From: Cyanophora paradoxa CCMP329
Lineage: Eukaryota > Plantae > Glaucophyta
Reading direction: 5' to 3'
DNA: 64,000 nt
Assembly: GCA_004431415.1 (NCBI GenBank)
Contig: QPMI01000040.1
Coordinates: 372,001 to 436,000, forward strand
Both the position numbers and the translations under genes were made by a program. A model generated the notes under the pieces. The model ran no database searches and was not told the origin of the DNA. It was given only the letters and a program-made list of their open reading frames with translations. This document shows positions 14,201 through 22,963 of the stretch, one piece after another (within the stretch, counting starts at the first letter, position 1; every line of letters starts with the position of its first letter).

Positions 14201-17200
14201 GCAGCCCTCGGCGACCTCGACCGCCGAGTTCGGGCCCCCCGCGCCGGTCGCCTCGCGATCCACGTCGGGCTGGAGGGCGCCGGAGAGGGCGAAATGGTGG
14301 GCCGCGCCCCGCAGGTCCTCCCAGCGCCCGCTCTTCTTCCAGCGACCGAAGAGGTGCCGCGCGTAGCGGGCGTGGACCGCAGCCGCCGCGTCGGGGCCGG
14401 CGACGGGAGTGCCCTCCAAAAGCGCCGCCCGTGTCCCCGCGTGCACGAACCTGTACAGCCTGTCTGCCGGCGGCGGGGCCGGCCGCGGCGGCGGGGCGCC
14501 GGCTCCGGCGGCGGCGTGCGTGTGCGCGCCAAGCTCAATGATGGGCAGGGCGGAGGGCCTACGACCGAACTCGGTGTCCGGCGCGACGCGCACCGCCCTG
14601 CGCGCGCACGCACAGCACGTGAGGGCGCGCCGGCGCCGGCGCCGGCGCCGCACAGGCAGGCGGAGAAGCGCACCTGGCGCCCAGGAGGGCCGGCGCGGGC
14701 GCCGGGCCGGCCGGCGGCGCGCGCGCGCGATCGGCCGCCCCGGATCCGGCCGAGGTGGCGGACGAGAAGGAGGAGCGCTCGAAAGGCAGGGCCTCCAAAA
14801 GCCCGTCGCGGGTCGCAGCCTCCAGCGCGTGTTCGACGGCTGGCGAGGGGCCGGCCAGGGCTGCCCGCAGCGCAGCCGGCGAGAAGGGCTCCCCGACGAG
14901 GGCGGCCGCCCGCAGAACCCGCCAGTCGCCGTCCTCGAGGGCCTGCGAAAACCGGTCCCGCCCGCCCGCGAAAGCGCGCGAAATCGGGCCGGAAAAGTCG
15001 CGCGCACCTTGAGTCGCGCCATCGCGCGCTCCTCGAGCTCTGCAGAGGCGGGCGTCTCCCACGCGGCCCTCGCGTCGAGGCGCCACGCGCCGCGGCAGAA
15101 CGCGAGCGCCCCCTCGTCGATGAGCCGCAGCAGGAGCGTGAGGGCGGGGCCCGCCGCCCCGCCGCCCTTGGCCGCCGCTGCCGCCACGAGCTCCGGCGGG
15201 GGCTGGCGCCCGCCGAGCGCGGCCGACAGCAGCGCGGCGATCTGCGGCCCTTCCAGCGGCGCCAGGCGGTGCACGCAGTCCGAGGCGACGGCGGGCAGGG
15301 TTGAGATCGCGTCGCCAACGAGGCGGTGCCGCGTGGCAAGGACGGCGAGCAGCGGCACCGGCCGCCCCTGCGCGTCGGCCACGTCGCACGCGGCGCGCAG
15401 CTCGTGCAGCGCCTCGTGCATGCGCACCGTCGCCCTGCGCGAGAGTGAGCTTCGATCCCGAAATGATTTCGCTCGATCCCGAAGCGATTTCGTTCGATCC
15501 CGAAATGATTTCGTCCGATCCCGAAGCGAAATAAACCGGCGCACCGCTCAGCGTCGTCGAGGAGGAGGAGCACGCCGCCGAACTGCTCGGCCAGGCCCAC
15601 CAGCAGCTGCCCGGCCGCGAAGGCAGCCGCCGCCACGCTCGCCGGGCCCTCCGGCGCACCCGCCGCGGCTTTGTCCTCCGCGCCCACGCCCCGCCCGTCG
15701 TCCCCGGCCCATGGCCAGAAGGCCTCCAGCTCCTGGGGGCGGTCAAAGAGGCCGAGGCATTTGTCGGCGGGGTCGTGCGGACGGGGAGTGCGAGGCGAAG
15801 GGTGGCGCGGCACGGGTCCGCGGCGCGCTGGACCCGCTCCTCGACGGCGGTGCGGGCGGCCGGCGGCAGGCGGCGGGTCTGCCGCGCGAGCCGCCGCAGC
15901 GCCTCGCGCAGCTCGCGCAGGGGCGCCGCGTGCGGGCCGGCCGCCTCCGCGCCGGCGCCCCTGCAGAGCAGAACGAGGGGCCCGGGGCCCTCGCGGCCGC
16001 GGTCGGAGGCTGGCGCGGCGCCCGCCTCGAGGGCGAGGAGGCGCAGGAGGCGGCTCTTGCCCGAGCCGGCGTCGCCCTCCACCAGGTGTAGCGCCGGCTT
16101 CCCGTGCTCCCTGCACGCGCGTGCGCCGGCTCACGCCAGGCGCGGCGCCCCAAGGCGGACGGGCCGGGGCGCACCGGGCCGAGCGCCAAGCGGCGTTAAG
16201 GGCGGCCCGTGGCGCGTCGCGCGCGATGAACGCGGGGCACAGCGAGGCCGTGGCGTGCGGGCCGGCGGGGGCCCCCAGGGGCGGGGTGGCCGGCTCGAGG
16301 CTGAGGTTCTCCAGGCCTCCCTCGGACCAGTCCTCCGGGTTAATGCGGCCCTATTTGTAAGACGCGGTCAAAGCTAAGAACGTCAACGGCAAATCGCAAC
16401 GGCGCCGGCCCTATTTGTAAGCCGCGGTCAAACTTTGAAAATTTAAAGATCGTCAACGGCAACTCGCAACGGCGCCGGCGACCGCCGGGGCTGCGTGCGT
16501 GCGCGCACGGGTCGGTCGTCCGGGTCTTTGGAGAGAAGGGAGAGGATGACGCGGGCGACCCCGGGCGGGACCGCGGGGTTCACCTCCCGCGCTGCGCGGC
16601 GCGGCGCGGCGCGGCGTCGGCGTCGGCATCGGCGTCGGTGGCGAGGGGATGGGACGGACGGTCGGGGACGGGGGCGGAGCGGTGGAGGAGGAGCAGGTCC
16701 AGCGGGGAGTCCGCGAGGAAAGGCGGGCGGCCGACCGCACACTCAAACAGGACGGCGCCAAGCTGTGCACGGTGTGGAGGACAGAAGTGACGGCGTCAGC
16801 CCCGGAAGGGTGAGACGATAAGTGCACCGCGCAGATTACAAGCCAGCTATTATTGTATCTACTTTGTCTTTTGCAATAACTTATAATTATATAAACCCTC
16901 TGGAATATGTCGTTATATTTTTGGAAGGGAATAAAACCACGCCGCACAGAGTATATGTCCGCCCGGCCGTCGACGGGGCGATCCAGCATGCCCGCCTGCA
17001 TTGTTAGAATAAATTCGAAAACGGTTTGATCATGAGGGCCGCGGCCGCGGCAGACGCTGAAGGCCTAGGCGAGAAATCTTAGAGCCTCGGAGGGCGGCGC
17101 GCGCGCGCGCCTGCTCGGGGCTGCAGTACTGGAGGGTGCCAGCGAAGACGGCGCCGGCGCCCTGGTGGGCCTCGCGGCACATGCCGAAGTCGATGAGGTG

Positions 17201-18494
17201 CAGGCGCAGGCCGGCCGCGTCGCGATCGCGCTCGCGATCGCCCCCCGGGCCCCACGAGACCAGCAGGTTCTCCGGTTTCACGTCCCTGCGAACGAAGCCA
17301 GGTCAGAGCGCAGCTGCAGCGAGCTTAAGGGGAACCCGACGGCGGAGCCCCGGCCCGGAGCCCGCGCGCGCGCCTGTGGACGAGGCCGCGGGCGTGGAGT
17401 GCTTCGAGGGCGGCGCCTGCCTGCAGGGCAACCGCCCGGACGGCGGCGTCGGGGAGTGGCGCCCCGCCCCGCCCGAGGAGGAGGGCCCGCAGGGATCCCG
17501 CGGCGCAGTGCGGCGTCACCATGAAGGACGACCCGCCCGCCGTGCAGCCACTGTCCACGACCGGCAGCACGCTGCGGCCGCGCGCGGGGCCGGGGGCCTC
17601 GATTTTAGGTCGGGGAAGGATCCGGAGGGGCAGCCGCGCCGCGGCGGATTCGAAGCCAATTTAAACTCTCGCACGCGGGATGATCGATGGCCGCTTGCAG
17701 GCCAGCCTCCCGTCGTGCTTCCGCCGAGGCCGCCCCGTCCGGCCCTGCCCGGCCGACGCCGCTTACCATTAGGAGGGCGGGCGGGGCGGGGCGCGGCACA
17801 GTCGGACCGCTGTGCCGCCTGATCTTGAGGACGAAGTCAGCAGAGGAGGGGGGAGGCTCCCCCGCCCACGCCGCGGCGGCGGGGAGCCTGCGCCGGCTCG
17901 TGGCAGGCCTCGGCGAGTCGAGGCCGTGCGCTATCACGAGGTCTGTGTCGCCGGCCAGCCCTGCGCATGCGCGCCGGGGTCTCGCTTCTAGATATGCGCC
18001 GCCGCGGCGCGCGCCGCGCGCTCAGCCGCTGATCATGAGCTGCAGGCTCACCGCTCAGGCTGGGGATCTTCAGCGCCGCGCGCTCCGCCTTCACCGATCG
18101 GTTAAGGTGAACGTTGTCATCTTCGCCCTCCCACCGCGCAATGTACAGCCTGCCGGAGTGATGATCGTGAGACGACCGCGCCCGCGCGCGCGCGTACGTC
18201 ACAAGTAGCTCCCCCGCTCAAGCTTGCCATTGGGCCCGGCCCAGCTGCAGGCGGGATGCCTATCCAAGGCCAAACGTATATATATATATATACTATGATA
18301 CGGCAACTTAAGCTTAAGAGCTGCGCATGCAGGCGCACGCGTACGCACACTGAGGAGGGGGTCTCAGCGAGCAGGGAGCGTATACGCCAGCCGGCCACGT
18401 TATCCTCTGGGCCCAACAGCCCATGGCCAGGGCCCGCCGGCGCCTGCAGCTGCTGATCATGATCAGGAGGCTCGACCTCGGCCGCGGCTTCCAT
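8253..18494 (-). CDS. Hybrid Ser/Thr kinase - AAA ATPase - GAF - histidine kinase - receiver protein (multi-exon)
   Basis: Spliced motifs in order: HR|DVKPEN, IDFG, GTLQYCSPEQ|AG..DGRADIYS|LG (kinase); GDAGSGKS and LLLLDD (Walker A/B); GAF (RSVIAAPLL, IGVLYVDSRLARGVFTEAD); AMSHE|IRTPMNGI (H box); LLNITSNAVK|FT, EDTGPGI, LFQPYVQ, HGGTGLGL (N/G1/F/G2 boxes); a degenerate receiver; LLCEDQPTN..VLMDCQ|MPEVDG..LALTA..LSK|PLLLAELRAALLKH (REC). Stop TGA at 8253-8255. The ATG at 18494 is inferred. Confidence 0.92.
15453..15528. repeat. Intronic 21-bp minisatellite (~3.6 copies)
   Basis: cgatcccgaa(at/gc)gatttcgNN is repeated inside the intron that follows the Walker B exon. Confidence 0.85.
16347..16479. 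repeat. ~60-70-bp tandem duplication spanning a splice-acceptor region
   Basis: cggccctatttgtaag(a/c)cgcggtcaaa...cgtcaacggcaa(a/c)tcgcaacggcgccggc occurs twice. Confidence 0.8.
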
Positions 18495-19339
18495 GCATGC
18501 GCGCGTGCAATGAAGCCGAGGCCCGCGGCCGACCCAGCCTGCAGCTGACAGCTGCAGGCCTAGGGCTCGAGCTCGGGGTTAACGTGCACTGCCAGGGTCA
18601 ATCTGCCAGGCCGCCGGGCTGCTCCGGGATCCGAGCTCGAGGCCCGAGGGTCCAGAATCCGGTGCACGTGCCACGGTGGTCCGCGCGCGGCGGCGCGCGC
18701 GCGCTGGCCCAGCTGCAGTGGAGATACTATGATATACGATCCTACGGACCGCGCGGCCGGCCCGGCGGTACAGCTGCGCGGCGGCAGTCCGGACTAGTAC
18801 TGGTACGTATACTCCGGACTCCGGACCGCGGTCGTCGGACTCCGGTCCAGTCTCCGGATACCGGTATCGATCCCAGGACCGCGGGGATTGCTCAGTACTG
18901 CAATTTCAGTCCAGAGTCCCGGAGTCCAGACTCCATGAGTCTCCATCATGGCATGGCCAGACTCCGCGGCCGGGATCCGGATTCCGGATCCACTGGCCAG
19001 AATCCCGCCCGGCGGCCGCCAGTCTGGCGCCAGATCATGATCATGAGATCTGCAAAGTTGTGCAAACCTGATAAGGGGGATCGAAGCGCGTTTTGACGTA
19101 CCCGGGGCGCCGTCGCGGGTCGACGTCGAGTCGCGTCGGCAACGCCGGGCCGGCGCCGGGCGCCGCCGGCGCCCGGCGCCGCGAATCCCGCCGCGGCGCG
19201 ATCATGAATCGGATCTTCAAGGCTTGCGGCGGATCCCCGGTCAGCCTGAGTGCGGCGGTCACCCGGCCGGGGGCGGTAATATGCCGCGGTAATAGCGGCG
19301 GACCGCCGGCGGTATACGTATACCGTATACGTATTTCTC

Positions 19340-20520
19340 CGGCCCGCCGCCGGCGCGGCGGGATCCCCGCATGCGCAGCCGCCCGGCCGGCGCCGATTCC
19401 CCGGGCCCCGCGGCCGGCCGGCCCGGCCCGCGGGCCGCGGCCCGGCCGCGGCGGGCCCGCCGCCGGCGCACCGGGCCACCGGCCCGCGGGCCACCGCGCG
19501 CGGCCGGCCGGCCGCCGGGCCGCGCCCCGGCGGCCCGGGGCGGGCCCCGGCGGCCCGGCGCCGCGGCGGCGGGGGCCGGGGCCCGGGCCCGGGGCCTGGG
19601 GTGGCGCGGCGGCCCGCCGGCGGGGCCTGCCGGGCCCGGCGCGCGCCCGCGCGCGGGCGGGCCCTCGGCGCGGCGGCGCCCGCCGCCCGGGCCCCGGCCC
19701 CGCGCGCCGCCCCGGGCCCGGGCCCCGGCCCCGGCCCCCAGGGGCCAGGGCCCAGGGCCCCATGGCCAGCCCCGGCCGCGGCCGGGCGCCGGCGCCCGGC
19801 GGCCGGGCCGGGCGGGCGCGCGCCGGGCCGCCGGGCCGGGCCGGGCCGGCCCGCCGCCGGCGCCGCGGGCCCCAGGCCCCCAGGCCCCCAGTGGCCCCCA
19901 CTGGCCCCCAGTGCCCCCACTGCCGCAGTGCCCCCAGTGCCCCCGGGCCCCGGCCCCGGCCCCCGGGCCCGGGCCGGGCGGGCCCCAGCTGCAGTACAGC
20001 CTGGCAGGCTGCACCGCTGCAGCCGGCGCCGCGCACAGTGGCGCACTGACTCGCGAGTCCGACCGTCTCCGACTCGGACGGTCGCGAGACTCGCGAGACT
20101 CGCCGCTCGCGATCGGCGTTCAACGGTACCGGTTCGCGGCTGATCATGAGCGCCGTGAGCGGCCAGCCCCGGCGCGGCGGCCGGGCCCGGCCCCGGGCCC
20201 CGGCCCCGGCCCGGCCCGGCCGGGCCGGCCCCCGCCACCAAGCCGCCGGGCCCCGGCCCGCCGCGGGCCGCCGGGCGGCGCCGGCCCCGCGCCGGGCCGC
20301 CGCCGGCCCCCGGCCCCGGGGGCCGGGGCCCGGGCCCAGCGCCGGGCCAGCGGGCCACTGGGCGGGAGTCTCAGAGTCTCAGAGTCTGGGCCAGGGGCCC
20401 CCGGCCCCCGGGCCGGCGGGCGGCCCGCGGGCCCGGCCCGGCCGCGGGTTCCGGCCGCGCGCGGGCCCCGGCCCCGGCCCCCGGGGCCCGGCCGCCCGGG
20501 CCCCGGCCCGCCCGCCCGGC
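19340..20520. repeat. Extremely GC-rich low-complexity tract
   Basis: Almost only C and G, in ggccc/cccgg/gccgg iterations and ccccagtgccccc repeats. Long Gly/Pro/Arg/Ala ORFs occur on both strands. Confidence 0.8.
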
Positions 20521-20588
20521 GAATCGGAGGCGAGTTCAAAGCCTGAGCCTATACTTAGTACTAAGTTAGTAGGCTATACCTATAGCTA

Positions 20589-20832
20589 CCGTCGGGCACT
20601 AAATTACTGCGGCGTTAATTAACGCGGTTTCAAAAATGGCCCTCCTCTGAGCGAAATACCGCGGTACCAAATTAACGCGGTTTTAACAATTTGAGGCTTG
20701 TATGGGACAGTAATTTCAGGGGGTACTGTATGGGGCGACTTCTCAGCAGCAAATTACCGCGGCACCAAATTACCGCGTTTTAACAAACTTTTGGCGCGTT
20801 AATTTGGTACCGCGTTAGTTTAGTGCCCGCAG
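20589..20832. mobile_element. TA-flanked MITE (Tc1/mariner-type, non-autonomous)
   Basis: TA|CCGTCGGGCACTAAA ... TTTAGTGCCCGCAG|TA gives imperfect TIRs. Internal AATTA(C/A)CGCG repeats occur in both orientations. Confidence 0.7.
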
Positions 20833-21290
20833 TACTTAAGTGCCCTACCGTACGCGTAGTACGCCGTGACGGCAGGACTCTGAGGAGTCTGAGCCTAGGA
20901 CCTCCCGGAGTCCCGGAGTCCCGGCCCTCCGGCCGCGGGCCGGGAGTCCGGGGGGACGGTGGCCGGGGACCCCGGGGGCCGCCGGAATATTCCAGCCTAG
21001 GCCTGGAACGTTCCCGGAATATTAGAAAATTTTGGGAAAATTTTCGGGTCCCGTTTCAAGGCCCGTTTGCAGGGGGGAAATTTTAGGAAATTGAATATAA
21101 TTTAATGATTATTGTATTCGTTTTCGATCGCGATCATCCCAATTTTCTGCGCCCCCTCCCCCCCATGATGGGCCCCATCTGACCCCACCAAGCCTTGAAG
21201 GGCCTTGCATTTCGGTTTCAGGCGAAGCCTCTTTCTCAAACCCAAAAACCGCCGACCGAAATTCCTTTTTTAACCTTTTTTTCCACTCCA

Positions 21291-21684
21291 GATCCCCCCT
21301 GCTAAATAATTCCCGTGTCACACTCCCTCGAGGCAGAATTATTAATTCTGCCTCGACACGGACGCGATTGATAGACATTACACGGCTGCCCGAACCCCCA
21401 CAGACCTCTCTAGATCCATTTTTAGCGTCGTGACTCCCCTAAGACGACCGCTCGCCCGTGGGCGTCGCGCGAAAATCGAATTTCCCTGATCCCCCCTGCT
21501 AAATAATTCCCGTGTCACACTCCCTCGAGGCAGAATTATTAATTCTGCCTCGACACGGACGCGATTGATAGACATTACACGGCTGCCCGAACCCCCACAG
21601 ACCTCTCTAGATCCATTTTTAGCGTCGTGACTCCCCTAAGACGACCGCTCGCCCGTGGGCGTCGCGCGAAAATCGAATTTCCCT
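21291..21684. repeat. 197-bp tandem duplication, each copy holding a 29-bp palindrome
   Basis: Two near-identical copies at offset 197. TCGAGGCAGAATTA-T-TAATTCTGCCTCGA lies at 21328-21356 and 21525-21553. Confidence 0.92.
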
Positions 21685-22018
21685 CTGGATCAATTCCGGT
21701 ACTTAACCTCCGACAAATGCAGTCCGAGTCAGAAGGTGGGACCCGGTCCCGCCCGGTCCCGCGACGAAATCGCGCCAGGGACGCCCCAGAACGATACAGA
21801 ATGACGCGCGAGGGCGAGCGCATCGCCGCAAACTCGATTTCGGGCGCCGTCGACGCTCCAGTGCGAAGAGTCGGCCGAAAATTTGATCCGGCCGGTTCCG
21901 GCCGGTCCCGCGACGCGCGCAATCCATGCGTACTGGCGCGCATAGACATAGCACGGCCTGCCCACCCCCGAAATCCACTTTTCGGAGGCCGAACAGTGCA
22001 GGAAGGCTCCCGGCAGCA

Positions 22019-22540
22019 AAAATTCGAACCTGCACGGTCCCGGGCACCTTTCCGCGCGCCCACGCCGCGGCGCATGCGCGGAACGATAGCATACGCATTT
22101 GAGATGTAGAAGAAGCCTTCCGCACGCTTTACAGATGCGCGGGGCCGCGGGGACCCAGCCCACCCCGAAAATTCGATCCTCTACAGACCTGCACATCTTT
22201 CCGCGCGCCCTCGCATCCTCGCGCATGCGCATCGCTACAATATTCATTTGAGATTTTATCAAAGCCTTCGACAAGCTTCGAACACGCCGAAGACCACGAG
22301 AACCCAGCCGACGGCAAAAATTCGATCCTGCACGGACCTGGACATCTTTCTGCGCGCCCACGCCGCGGCACATGCGCGGGACAATAGCATATGCATGTGA
22401 GATGTAGACAAAGCCTTCCGCATGCTTTACAGATGCGCCGGGCCGCGAGAACCCAGCCAACCCCGAAAGTTCGATCTTGCACGGACCTGCACAGCTTTCC
22501 GCACGCCCTCGCATGCTCACGCATGGGCATCGCTACGGTA
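22019..22540. repeat. Diverged ~149-bp tandem repeat with A-B-A-B higher-order structure
   Basis: Units start AAA(A/G)TTCGA at about 22019, 22168, 22318 and 22467. Units 1 and 3 resemble each other, as do units 2 and 4. Confidence 0.8.
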
Positions 22541-22545
22541 CTCAG

Positions 22546-22751
22546 CTCCACCCTTTAATTATTTCCCGTAGCTCTTTGAAGAGAATGGGGCTCAATCTAG
22601 ATCGATCTGCTCCACCCTCTTTGAAGAGAATGGGGCTCAATCTAGATCGATCTGCTCCACCCTTTAGCGAAAGTTCGATAATTAAGAGCTCAAATGAATA
22701 CTCTCATGGGGCTCAATCTAGATCGATCTGCTCCACCCTTTAATTATTTCC
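22546..22751. repeat. Patchwork direct repeats (34-bp unit x3)
   Basis: ATGGGGCTCAATCTAGATCGATCTGCTCCACCCT at 22585, 22630 and 22706. The block is bracketed by CTCCACCCTTTAATTATTTCC. Confidence 0.9.
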
Positions 22752-22963
22752 TCGCTCAGTACATCATGGCATTAATATTCCTCTAGCCGACCAGCGCTAG
22801 CTGGACTGGCCGTCAGCCAGCCAGCTTCTAGCCAGAAAGCTGTTCGCGATCGGCCAGGCCGCTGGCCAGTGCCCTATAGGCCTACTGTGACAGCCGCGAG
22901 GGCGTCCGCGAGGCTTCGCCGTACTTAGTGCTCCGCAGGAGCACGGATCTTGTCCGAGCTCCA

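Noticed and set aside
8600-18208. + strand ORFs over the kinase gene
   Set aside because: Antisense shadows of GC-rich exons.
18946-20622. Long Gly/Pro/Arg/Ala ORFs in many frames
   Set aside because: They result from near-absence of stop codons in very GC-rich low-complexity DNA, and carry no domain signal.
21109-22075. Chain of abutting ORFs (MSINRVRVEAEL... twice) resembling an operon
   Set aside because: Artefact of the 197-bp tandem duplication.
22585-22739. CRISPR-like 34-bp repeats
   Set aside because: Only three copies, with spacers of 11 and 42 bp. The first spacer is itself duplicated, there are no cas genes, and the context is eukaryotic. Local duplication explains it.
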